A stretch of 64,000 nucleotides of DNA from an uncultured Verrucomicrobiae bacterium (GTDB taxonomy: Bacteria; Verrucomicrobiota; Verrucomicrobiia; Palsa-1439): assembly GCA_963812605.1 (NCBI GenBank), contig CAWEWF010000005.1, forward strand, positions 128,001 through 192,000, written 5' to 3'. The notes below the pieces were generated by a model that saw only the letters and a program-made list of their open reading frames with translations, had not been told where the DNA came from and did not search any database. This document shows positions 30,795 to 39,710 of this stretch, one piece after another (within the stretch, counting starts at the first letter, position 1; every line of letters starts with the position of its first letter). Position numbers and translations under genes: made by a program.

Positions 30795-31352
30795 ATGGCT
30801 CCGGGACTCTTTATTGTTATCGCAATGATTTGTTGCGTGCCCATTTGGGTGATGGGCGTTTACAATCGCCTGATCACGCTGCGTAACCTCATGAACAGTG
30901 TTTGGGCGCAGACCGACGTGCAATTGCGGCGTCGTTACGATTTGATTCCCAATCTTGTCGAAACCGTCAAGGGGTACGCCACTCATGAGCGGGAGACATT
31001 CGAGAAGGTGATCCAGGCGCGCAACTCCGCGATGAATGCCCCGACCACGGAGGCCAAAGCGGATGCCGAGAACGCCCTGACCGGTGCGCTGAAATCCCTC
31101 TTCGCCGTCGCCGAAGCGTATCCCGAACTCAAGGCCAACCAGAATTTTACCGCCCTCCAGCAGGAGCTGACCAATACGGAGGGCTTTATCGCGGCGTGCC
31201 GTTCGCATTACAACGACGCCGTCCTGGCCTTCAACGACGCCCTGCAAGTGGTCCCCGCCAACATCGTCGCCGTCCTGTTCCGGTTCCAACCCCACGAATA
31301 CTTCGGAGTGCCCGACCAAGCCGCGCGCGAGCCGGTAAAAGTGCAGTTCTAG
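30795..31352 (+). CDS. lemA: LemA family protein
   Basis: YNRLI.LRN...W...DVQLRRRYDLIPNLVETVKGYA.HE, AEAYPELKANQNF. Confidence 0.95.
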   Translation: MAPGLFIVIAMICCVPIWVMGVYNRLITLRNLMNSVWAQTDVQLRRRYDLIPNLVETVKGYATHERETFEKVIQARNSAMNAPTTEAKADAENALTGALKSLFAVAEAYPELKANQNFTALQQELTNTEGFIAACRSHYNDAVLAFNDALQVVPANIVAVLFRFQPHEYFGVPDQAAREPVKVQF

Positions 31353-31374
31353 CCCACAACGTGAAGTCGATACA

Positions 31375-32067
31375 TTAGCGACGAAGCGGCGAGACGGTGT
31401 TCGTCCCGGTAGGTGTGGAATGGTTGTCCTGCCATGGATCGTAAGCATGAATACCGTACTTGCTGAACCTCTCTATCCGACCGGGAAGACGACCCGGAGA
31501 AGTTGGATGGGGATAGCACAACGCAAACTCGACGATTTTGGGATTGCCGTCGACATGCGCACCTTGAAGGAATGCCAATGCGTCTTCTTTCCTCAACTGT
31601 GATGAACCGGAAAGTCCGAAGTAGATAGCCCAATCGCTTTGGGGCTCTGTGTCGGCAAGTAGGCCATTTGGAGTGGCAGACGCCGACGGCCGATCGCTCC
31701 ATTTCTTATGGGGGAACAAGCCCAGACAAAATACCGTGTCCTCCCCGTTCATCTCCATCTGAATCCAACCTGCCAAAATGTAGACACCGTGGAGCGACAC
31801 GTGCTCCAGCCAAGCGGTGTCGATCAGCACGCGGTGAATCTCGACTGCTGTCTGACCCGGTTTGATGTAATTGGCGAAAAGTGCGAAAATCGCCCGCGAT
31901 CGTTCCACCTCATTATTCGTGGTATTATTTGCCTGTGTGTTGAGTACAACTACGGTCGCATTGGTCTTGAGTATCGTGACCGCATCCCACGAAAGCTTTT
32001 CCGGTTCGGCATAACCGCAATGAACGCTGCAAAAGCACGTTAGTATAATGATTACGAAGTATCTCAT
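31375..32067 (-). CDS. Secreted hypothetical protein (lower GC, accessory)
   Basis: Signal peptide MRYFVIIILTCFCSVHCGYA; no recognised family. Confidence 0.6.
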   Translation of the reverse strand: MRYFVIIILTCFCSVHCGYAEPEKLSWDAVTILKTNATVVVLNTQANNTTNNEVERSRAIFALFANYIKPGQTAVEIHRVLIDTAWLEHVSLHGVYILAGWIQMEMNGEDTVFCLGLFPHKKWSDRPSASATPNGLLADTEPQSDWAIYFGLSGSSQLRKEDALAFLQGAHVDGNPKIVEFALCYPHPTSPGRLPGRIERFSKYGIHAYDPWQDNHSTPTGTNTVSPLRR

Positions 32068-32089
32068 CGCTAGGTGGAGGCGTGCATGT

Positions 32090-32221
32090 CTATTTCTTCT
32101 CAAACGCGGTGTCAAACGCATGCGCGCTCGGCTTGAAGTTAAGCTTTTTGACGAAGGCGCAGGCTTCCTTCGCGCCGTGCTCGCGATCCATGTGGCTGTC
32201 TCCCCACTCAACCGACAGCGG
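32090..32221 (-). pseudogene. Diverged duplicate of the last 43 codons of the 32496-33497 gene
   Basis: [43 protein letters not shown] versus [43 protein letters not shown]. Confidence 0.9.
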
Positions 32222-32292
32222 GACACTTGCCTTCAATTACTTCGTCCAAGCGCAGAACAATTGGCTCGGTGACCCGTTCCTGCTTGTTTCTT

Positions 32293-32499
32293 TTACACCG
32301 CCGCCTTACGCCGGCGCCGAATCTGTGCGCTTAGGTCACGGACGGAGCATTTGGCCAGATGCTTGTGTCGCTCCTTCGAATAATCGCCACGCCCGTTCCC
32401 GAACAACTGGAGAAATCGAACCATGCCAACCGGGCCAAGTTCTTCTGCCAGGGCCTTCAGTCCGTTTGCCCGAATCTGCTCCATTGTGTAGCGCTTCAT
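32293..32499 (-). CDS. Small antitoxin-like protein (family usually paired with PIN toxins), orphan here
   Basis: [34 protein letters not shown]; ATGA overlap with the upstream gene. Confidence 0.65.
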   Translation of the reverse strand: MKRYTMEQIRANGLKALAEELGPVGMVRFLQLFGNGRGDYSKERHKHLAKCSVRDLSAQIRRRRKAAV

Positions 32500-33497
32500 T
32501 TTTTCTCAAATGCCGCATCAAACGCTTGTGCGCTCGGCTTGAAGTCGAGTTTCTTCACGAAAGCACAAGCTTCCTTCGCGCCGTGCTCGCGGTCCATGCG
32601 GCTGTCTTCCCATTCCACGGACAGCGGGCCCTTGTAGCCGATGTCGTTCAAGGCGACGATGATCTCCTCGAAGTTGATGTCACCGTGGCCGAGGGAGCGG
32701 AAGTCCCAGTAACGGCGCGGGTCGGCAAAGTTCGTGTGACCGCCGAAAACACCGACCGTGCCGTCGCCGTGTCCCCACCAGACGTCTTTCATGTGCACGT
32801 GATAAATGCGGTCGGCAAAGCGGCGGATGAATTTCACATAGTCCACATGCTGGTAGCCGAAGTGGGACGGATCGTAGTTGAAACCAAATTCCTTGCGGCC
32901 TTTCAGTGCGGCAACCGCCCGCTCGGCGCTGGCAATATCAAACGCGATCTCGGTGGGGTGCACTTCGAGGGCGAACCGCACACCACAGCGTTTGAACTCG
33001 TCGAGGATCGGGTTCCACATCTTTGAAAAAAGCTCGAAACCATCGTCGATCATCGCCGACGAGACGGGCGGAAACGAATAGAGCAGGTGCCAGATGGAGC
33101 TTCCGGTGAAGCCATTAACAACCTTGACGCCGAGGTTTTTGGCGGCCTGTGCGGTACGCATCATTTCTTCGGCGGCGCGCTCGCGGACGTCCGCGGGTTT
33201 GCCGTTGCCCCAGATGTGGGGCGGCAGGATGGACTTGTGTCGGTCGTCGATATTGTCGCACACGACCTGGCCGACTAGGTGGTTGCTAATTGCCCAGGTC
33301 TTCAATCCGTGTCGCTTGAGGATCTCATGGCGCGTGTCGCAATACGCCTTCGACTTGGCGCCCTGGCGCACGTCAAAGTGATCGCCCCAGCAGGCCAATT
33401 CCAGCCCGTCAAAACCAAAACTCTTGGCCTTCTGGCAGACGGTTTCGAAAGAAAGGTCGGCCCATTGGCCGGTAAAAAGTGTGACGGGTCTGCCCAT
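32496..33497 (-). CDS. Sugar phosphate isomerase/epimerase (AP_endonuc_2 TIM barrel, IolE/MocC-like)
   Basis: [49 protein letters not shown]. Confidence 0.9.
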   Translation of the reverse strand: MGRPVTLFTGQWADLSFETVCQKAKSFGFDGLELACWGDHFDVRQGAKSKAYCDTRHEILKRHGLKTWAISNHLVGQVVCDNIDDRHKSILPPHIWGNGKPADVRERAAEEMMRTAQAAKNLGVKVVNGFTGSSIWHLLYSFPPVSSAMIDDGFELFSKMWNPILDEFKRCGVRFALEVHPTEIAFDIASAERAVAALKGRKEFGFNYDPSHFGYQHVDYVKFIRRFADRIYHVHMKDVWWGHGDGTVGVFGGHTNFADPRRYWDFRSLGHGDINFEEIIVALNDIGYKGPLSVEWEDSRMDREHGAKEACAFVKKLDFKPSAQAFDAAFEKK

Positions 33498-33576
33498 GAT
33501 TATCGCCTCCGTGTGATTCGCGTTGAACTCGCTATGGCACGAGTGATAAACAAGGAACCGGCCCTTTTCAAGCATC

Positions 33577-34374
33577 ATGTTTATCGATAGCCACGCGCAT
33601 CTGTGTTATCCCGATTTTGCGGAGGAACTGCCGCAGGTCATCGGGCGCGCCCAGGCGGCCCGTGTGACGCAGATCGTCAGTATCGCCACGGATTTGGAGG
33701 CCGCGCGCAAGACGTTGGACATCGCCAGGCGGTTTGAAGCGGTGTCTGCCGCGGTAGGATTACACCCCGGGGAGGTCCCGAATGTCTCGCTCTGTGATAT
33801 GAAGGAGCTTGCCCAACTGGCCGCGGAACCGAAGGTCGTGGCGATTGGCGAAACGGGCCTGGATTATTATCGCGAGGCGAAGGACGACGCGGCGTTGCGG
33901 CAACAGCAGAAGGATTTGTTCTGGGCGCAGCTTGAGTTGGCGAAGGAACGCAAGCTGCCGGTGGTGATCCACAATCGCGCCGCCGAGGCGGACATCCTGG
34001 AAATCCTCGGCGCCCACGCCGAGAGCCTGCCGAAAGAATGGCGGCCGTGGGGCGTGATGCACTGTTTTTCGGGAGATGAGAAGTTTGCGTTCGACTGCAT
34101 CGAGATGGGGCTGCTGATCAGCTACACGGGCATCCTGACTTTCAAGAACGCAACGGCGCTTCGCGACGTGGCCCGGAAAGTGTCGCTCGACTACGTGATG
34201 CTCGAGACCGATGCGCCGTACCTGGCCCCGATGCCGCACCGCGGGAAACGCAACGAGTCGTCGTACCTGCCGCTGATCGCGGAGATGCTCGCACAGGTAA
34301 AAGGTGCTAGTGTTGAGGAAATCGCGCGGGCGACGACGGCAAATGCAAAACGGCTGTTTCAGTTGCTGCCCTGA
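33577..34374 (+). CDS. tatD: TatD family DNase
   Basis: [38 protein letters not shown]. Confidence 0.95.
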   Translation: MFIDSHAHLCYPDFAEELPQVIGRAQAARVTQIVSIATDLEAARKTLDIARRFEAVSAAVGLHPGEVPNVSLCDMKELAQLAAEPKVVAIGETGLDYYREAKDDAALRQQQKDLFWAQLELAKERKLPVVIHNRAAEADILEILGAHAESLPKEWRPWGVMHCFSGDEKFAFDCIEMGLLISYTGILTFKNATALRDVARKVSLDYVMLETDAPYLAPMPHRGKRNESSYLPLIAEMLAQVKGASVEEIARATTANAKRLFQLLP

Positions 34375-34413
34375 GGTCAGAGGCCCGGGCCCAACCAATC
34401 GGGAGGTTCAGTT

Positions 34414-34989
34414 ATGTTCGGCATGCTCGTGGTGTTCATATTTGTCGGGATTGTGGCCTTTCTGATCTTCGGACTTCCGTTAATACACAAGATCGGAGGA
34501 AAAGCCTCTGGTCTATTTATGCCATCGGACGCAACCATGCGAATCGACCCCGAGTACAGTTTGGCCGAGGCGCGCGTGAACGAAGGGAAATATCAAGAAG
34601 CCGTTGACGAATATCGAAAAGTCACCGCCAAGCATCCGGACGATATCCATCCGCATCTTCGCGTGGCGGACCTCATGTTGAAACATTTCAACGACGCGAA
34701 AACCGCGGAACTGGAGTTGCTCTCCGCGCTTGCAAAGGCCAGGGGCGAATACTCCACGACACTGGCGACAGGTCGCTTGGCCGATCTTTATCAACACACA
34801 CTGCATGAACCCGGCCGCGCCTTGGAAGTAATGAAACAGTTGCGTGAAAAAATCCCGGGCACGAAGCAGGCGAAACTGGCGGAAGAACGCATTGCGATCC
34901 TCGAAGGAATCGTTCACCGCGGTGAACCGTTGCCAGAATCGCCCGGCAAGATCACCGCCAGGCCGTCACGCTTCAAGTTGACGGAATAG
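34414..34989 (+). CDS. Membrane-anchored TPR-like protein
   Basis: RBS GGAGG, N-terminal TM, GKYQEAVDEYR helical repeat. Confidence 0.7.
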   Translation: MFGMLVVFIFVGIVAFLIFGLPLIHKIGGKASGLFMPSDATMRIDPEYSLAEARVNEGKYQEAVDEYRKVTAKHPDDIHPHLRVADLMLKHFNDAKTAELELLSALAKARGEYSTTLATGRLADLYQHTLHEPGRALEVMKQLREKIPGTKQAKLAEERIAILEGIVHRGEPLPESPGKITARPSRFKLTE

Positions 34990-35742
34990 CCGCCCGAAAT
35001 ACAGCAGCGTGGTGTAATCGAAGGAAATCTTGCCGCTGATCTGGTGCCTGTCGAAGAGCGCGCGCAACGCGTCGAGCATGGGCTGATGGTTCGGATGACC
35101 CGGCTCGGGTGTGTAAGAGGACGATAGCAGCCGGCCTTTCAGCCCGCTCCAGTCGAAGATTTGTTGATTGTCGAATTTTCTCAGCGTAAACGGCTGCGAA
35201 GCGAAGAACGCCGTGATCGCGTCGGTATCGACATTCCGATGATCGACCGCCACGTAGTCGGTGCCGTACTGCTGTAACAGGCCCTCATACGCTCGCAGAA
35301 AAGGGGAGGTATCCGTCAGGCGTTCGTTCCAGATCAACGCGACCCAACCGTTCGACCTGAGAATGCGCGCAAACTCTTTTCGGGCCCGCTCGCGGTCGAA
35401 CCAATGGAACGCCTGGCCAGCCGTGACGAAATCAACTGAAGAATCCGCCAAAGCTGTCGCCTCTGCCGTTCCATTGACGCTAGTGAAACCAGGATATTTG
35501 TCCAACAGTCGCTCGCCCGCTTCCCGCATCTCACGGTTCGGCTCCACACCAAACACCCGATTCCCATTCTTCAGGAACAACTGGGATAGAATGCCAGTTC
35601 CAGACCCGATGTCCGCAACCGTTGAATTCGGCGTTAGCCCGCATTCCTCGGCGAGTGTTGTTATGACGCCGGTTGGATAACCCGGCCGATACTTGGCGTA
35701 GTTTTCCACACGACTGGAGAAGCGGAGAGTGGGGTCGATCAT
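34966..35742 (-). CDS. Class I SAM-dependent methyltransferase
   Basis: Y.KYRPGYP, ADIGSGTG, GVEPN, AGQAFHWFD. Confidence 0.92.
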   Translation of the reverse strand: MIDPTLRFSSRVENYAKYRPGYPTGVITTLAEECGLTPNSTVADIGSGTGILSQLFLKNGNRVFGVEPNREMREAGERLLDKYPGFTSVNGTAEATALADSSVDFVTAGQAFHWFDRERARKEFARILRSNGWVALIWNERLTDTSPFLRAYEGLLQQYGTDYVAVDHRNVDTDAITAFFASQPFTLRKFDNQQIFDWSGLKGRLLSSSYTPEPGHPNHQPMLDALRALFDRHQISGKISFDYTTLLYFGRLFRQLEA

Positions 35743-35767
35743 CGACAACGGTGAAGCCGCCGCCTCG

Positions 35768-36160
35768 TCAATACGCGAGGGTGAGCTTGTAGCGCAGGAT
35801 ATTGCCGCAATGGACCGTGTCGATGGTGGTCTTGCTGCGCCAACCTTCGCAGGACTTTTCGCCGCTCACCGTGGTCCGCTTCGCGGCAACGGCTTTAGCC
35901 AGTTCCTCGGTGAGGTCGAAATCACCGCGAATACATTCGCCATTGGGGCAGTTGAAACGAAAGACGGATTTGGCGTTGGTGAGGTTCACCGTATACTTGA
36001 CCTGGCTGGTCTTGGAGGTGCCTTCCGCGTCGTAGAAACTCAGGTCCACGGTCAGGGACTTCAATTTCGCGAAGCGGGCGGCGAGACTGAGGGAATCCTT
36101 GACGCGCTGGCTTTCCAGTTCACGGTGTTCGAAGCGGGCGCCTGTTCTTTGTCGATACAT
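35768..36160 (-). CDS. Hypothetical protein with four spaced Cys (possible Zn site)
   Basis: FRFNCPNGECIRGDFDL...SCEGW...HCG. Confidence 0.7.
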   Translation of the reverse strand: MYRQRTGARFEHRELESQRVKDSLSLAARFAKLKSLTVDLSFYDAEGTSKTSQVKYTVNLTNAKSVFRFNCPNGECIRGDFDLTEELAKAVAAKRTTVSGEKSCEGWRSKTTIDTVHCGNILRYKLTLAY

Positions 36161-36263
36161 GGAAGTGCAATTCTGTTTACTGCGTTAGGCCACAAGAGTA
36201 CCACAAAAACGCACCCCTGTCTGTAACAATCGCAGCGGCGATCCGTGCCCGCAGATGCCGCCT

Positions 36264-37544
36264 TTACAGGCTCTTAAAGTAGAACCCGGCGGCTTCGGCG
36301 GCGTGGCGTTGAAAAAGGTTCTTGATGTCGATCAGCACCGGCGGGGACATTTTTGCTTTTAGCTGGTCGAGCGTGAGGGAACGGAAGGCGTTGTGTTTGT
36401 TGGCAACGAGAACGCAGTCGCATTGCGGCACCTTGTCAAATTCGACGTTCTCGATGCCGAAATACTTGCGGACGGTGTCGGCGGAGAGCAGCGGATCGCA
36501 GCCAAGCACCCTCACGCCAAACCCTTGCAGGTAGGTGATGGTGCTGTGGACCTTGCTGTTGCGGATGTCCGGCACGTTTTCTTTGAAAGTCAGGCCCAAA
36601 ATCAGCACCGTCGCGCCTTTAATCGGCTTGCCGACGTGGGCGATGCCCTTGATGACCATTTCGCCCACATGGACCGGCATGGAATCGTTGATCTGGCGTC
36701 CCGCGAGAATCACCTGCGGATGATAGCCGAACTGTTGGGCGCGGTAGGTGAGGTAGTATGGGTCGACGCCAATGCAATGGCCGCCGACCAGGCCGGGGTG
36801 GTACTTGTGGAAATTCCATTTCGTGCCCGCGGCCGCCAGGACTTCCTCGGTGTTAAGGCCGAGATGCGCGAAGATGAGCGAAAGCTCGTTCATGAGCGCA
36901 ATATTCAGGTCGCGCTGGATGTTCTCGATGACCTTCGCCGCCTCGGCGGTCGCGATACTGGGCGCGTGGTAAACACTTTTGGCAACGAGCGAATAGAGCG
37001 CGCCGACTTCCTCGAGCGTCTCGGCGTCGCAACCGCTGACGATCTTGACGATCTTATCGACCGTGTGCTCGTGATCGCCGGGATTGATGCGTTCCGGCGA
37101 ATAGCCAATCTTGAAATCGCCGAGTTTCAATCCCGATTTCTCTTCGAGGATGGGCAGGCAAACTTCGTCCGTGACACCGGGATAGACGGTGCTTTCAAAA
37201 ATGACGATCGAACCCTTGCTCAGGTTCTCGCCCACGATGCGCGAGGCGCTGATGACCGGTTCCAGGTCGGGGACGTTGGCCTTGTTCACGGGTGTGGGCA
37301 CCGCGACGATGAGGTAACGGCATTCGCGGAGCGCTTTCGGGTCGGCGGTGAAGTGGATGTTGGAATTCTTCAGGTCGCCGCCGAGCGTTTCGCCGGTGCG
37401 ATCGACGCCCTGCTGGAGTTCCTCGATGCGCCGGGTGTTGATGTCGTACCCGACCACGGTCATGTGCCGGGCGAAGGAGACTGCCAGCGGCAAGCCAACA
37501 TACCCGAGACCGACAACGGCAACTTTACCTTCAATCTTCCTCAT
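36264..37544 (-). CDS. Nucleotide-sugar dehydrogenase (WbpO/TviB-like UDP-HexNAc 6-dehydrogenase)
   Basis: GLGYVGLP, ESTVYPG, SPERINPG, AKVIENIQRD, GGHCIGVDP, FKENVPDIRNS. Confidence 0.93.
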   Translation of the reverse strand: MRKIEGKVAVVGLGYVGLPLAVSFARHMTVVGYDINTRRIEELQQGVDRTGETLGGDLKNSNIHFTADPKALRECRYLIVAVPTPVNKANVPDLEPVISASRIVGENLSKGSIVIFESTVYPGVTDEVCLPILEEKSGLKLGDFKIGYSPERINPGDHEHTVDKIVKIVSGCDAETLEEVGALYSLVAKSVYHAPSIATAEAAKVIENIQRDLNIALMNELSLIFAHLGLNTEEVLAAAGTKWNFHKYHPGLVGGHCIGVDPYYLTYRAQQFGYHPQVILAGRQINDSMPVHVGEMVIKGIAHVGKPIKGATVLILGLTFKENVPDIRNSKVHSTITYLQGFGVRVLGCDPLLSADTVRKYFGIENVEFDKVPQCDCVLVANKHNAFRSLTLDQLKAKMSPPVLIDIKNLFQRHAAEAAGFYFKSL

Positions 37545-37601
37545 GATGTCCCATCGTTACTGGAGAAATAGCAGGTCGCGTGCTGGAAATCCAGCCCGTG
37601 T

Positions 37602-39608
37602 TCACAGGTGCGCGACATTCACCTGGTGAACGCGGCTTGGATTCAGCATCCCCGCGAGCAAAATGCGCAGGGTATGATAGGTTTTCACGTCAATCCGATG
37701 ATTGGCGACAGGCCCGGCCAGCGACTTCACATCCACAATTTTGTGCGTTTCCGGGTCGAATTCCGCCTTGACGACACCATCCTGATAGCGCGCGGTCGGC
37801 CGCGCCTTGTCGAGCGCCAGGGAGTACGTCTTTCCTTCCATGCGACCAACAATTTCCGTCAGCCCGTTCCGTTTGGCGATGTAGAAGCCGTCGCGGGCGT
37901 TATCGAGCCACGCGGCGCGGTCGGCAAAGAAACTCGGCTTTTGGATGAACGGCCCGCCATACTCCGGGCAGAACGTATCGCAATTGCCGCACTCGTTGCA
38001 CCAATCGGCGAAGTTGGCGATCTGGTGTTTCTTCTCGATCTTCAGCGTGCCGCTATCGGCCGGTTGAAGATGGCCGCCATTCCAGGAATAATTCGTGAAC
38101 GCGATCTCGACGGGGTCGATTTCGTAGTAGAAGTTTGCGTCGTTCGGACAAACGGGAATGCACTTGTCGCAATTGATGCAATCGTAGAGCCACAACTTTG
38201 AATCGATGCGTTTCGGGATCGAGTTGTTCTTCTCGAACGAGTAACGCCGGTCGGCCAGGGTGCGGCTGCCAATGGGGCCGATGTTGAGGAAGCCGGCGTA
38301 GTTGACAGCCGCGTCATGGTTTCCGCCGGTACTTTTCGCGTGCTCCAGCGCCGTGCGTTCATTGCCTTCGCGCTTCCGGATGAAGTCGGCGATATTTATG
38401 ACACCGAGATTCTTCATTTCCTGTTCGAGATTCTTGAGGTACTCGAAGAAACGTCCGAAACCCCCGACCTTCAGCAAATCGGAGCAGGTCGTGATCGGGA
38501 CGAAACCGCACGCGACGCAGTTGGCGAAGTTATGTTTGTCCACGCCCGCCGAGAAACTGATGGGGCAATCCGCGCCGTAGCTTTGCCGCCAACGCTCGAC
38601 GAGCCGCAACGTGATCACATGCAGCGGCAGGCCGCTGAGATACATGATCTCGTCCTTCGGGAAGAAAGTCTTGTGGTTGACGACTTCGAGCGTGTTGCTG
38701 AATTTCGCGCCAACGCTCAGTCCCAGTTTACGGCCTGTCTCCTGCAAGCGGCGCACCATGCTGATGCTTTCATCGAACTTCAAGCCGGCATCGATTGCCT
38801 TTTCGTTGACGTGGATGTCTTTGAAGCCGAGATCTTCATGCAGCAGATGATTCAACTCGTCCAAACCAAGCATCGTCGGATTCATTTTCACCATGACGTC
38901 CATCCCGATTTCGGTCAGGAGGAAGTGGCAAATCTTTTCGATCTCTTCCGGCGGGCAATTGTGGAAGGTCGAGAGCGTGACGGTGTTGGAGATCTGCTCG
39001 GGGTAGGGGAGGTCGCGGAATTGTTTCCAGCGGTCGGGGATCTGCAGGCGCAACTTGTCGATATACTTCTTCGCGTTGCGCAGGCTGTCGATGAATTTGC
39101 GGATTGGCTGGCTGGAAATCCCGGCCAAATCGTAGCCGAGACTGAAGTCATAGATCGTCGATGTCTTGTCGAACGGGCTCGGCGGAAACTCCAGGAGGTT
39201 GCTCGCCTTGAGCATTTCGATGAGCATCATGCCCGCCACGTATTCGTGGAGGGATTCCTGCAGCCGCAATTCCTGGGAAAATTCGATGTTGTAACCGACA
39301 TTGGTCATGTCGATGCACGGGCGATTGATGACCAAGTGATCGTTGATCTGCACGGTCTTGAGTTCGAGGATGCGCGACCCGCCGAGCCAGCTCAGCACGA
39401 TGTTCTGCGCCATCTGCGTTTGCGGGCCGGCGGCGGGGCCGACGGGCGTGGCCGCGACTTTGCCGTGGAACTTGACGCTCGTATCCAGCGCGGGATCAGG
39501 CACGTACATCTTGCGCAGCGGCAAATCGAAGATGGTTTGCTGCTTCTCGGGCTCGAGAAACATCCGCTTCACAAGATCGGAAAAAGGAGATGGATGCAGG
39601 TCCGCCAT
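37602..39608 (-). CDS. YgfK-like oxidoreductase, short form (N-terminal DHOD-like domain + C-terminal 2x[4Fe-4S])
   Basis: TPVGPAAGPQTQMAQNIVLSWLGGSRILELKTVQ, RPCID, TLSTFHNCPPEEIE, KMNPTMLG; CINCDKCIPVCPN and CNECGNCDTFCP. Confidence 0.88.
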   Translation of the reverse strand: MADLHPSPFSDLVKRMFLEPEKQQTIFDLPLRKMYVPDPALDTSVKFHGKVAATPVGPAAGPQTQMAQNIVLSWLGGSRILELKTVQINDHLVINRPCIDMTNVGYNIEFSQELRLQESLHEYVAGMMLIEMLKASNLLEFPPSPFDKTSTIYDFSLGYDLAGISSQPIRKFIDSLRNAKKYIDKLRLQIPDRWKQFRDLPYPEQISNTVTLSTFHNCPPEEIEKICHFLLTEIGMDVMVKMNPTMLGLDELNHLLHEDLGFKDIHVNEKAIDAGLKFDESISMVRRLQETGRKLGLSVGAKFSNTLEVVNHKTFFPKDEIMYLSGLPLHVITLRLVERWRQSYGADCPISFSAGVDKHNFANCVACGFVPITTCSDLLKVGGFGRFFEYLKNLEQEMKNLGVINIADFIRKREGNERTALEHAKSTGGNHDAAVNYAGFLNIGPIGSRTLADRRYSFEKNNSIPKRIDSKLWLYDCINCDKCIPVCPNDANFYYEIDPVEIAFTNYSWNGGHLQPADSGTLKIEKKHQIANFADWCNECGNCDTFCPEYGGPFIQKPSFFADRAAWLDNARDGFYIAKRNGLTEIVGRMEGKTYSLALDKARPTARYQDGVVKAEFDPETHKIVDVKSLAGPVANHRIDVKTYHTLRILLAGMLNPSRVHQVNVAHL

Positions 39609-39710
39609 AGGGTTACTTCTGTCAATTGACTTTACGGTTTCCCTTGCCGTAGTCTAGCCAAAACTTGGCGTGAAGCTGACCCGACTGACCAAAGTCGCCC
39701 GCGGAGAACT

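Noticed and set aside
32090-32627. DGR template/variable repeat pair
   Set aside because: Mismatches are mostly synonymous and not adenine-specific; no reverse transcriptase in the window.
37602-39608. Selenate reductase function or selenocysteine recoding
   Set aside because: The 'selenate reductase' label for YgfK is historical, and there is no in-frame TGA in this ORF.
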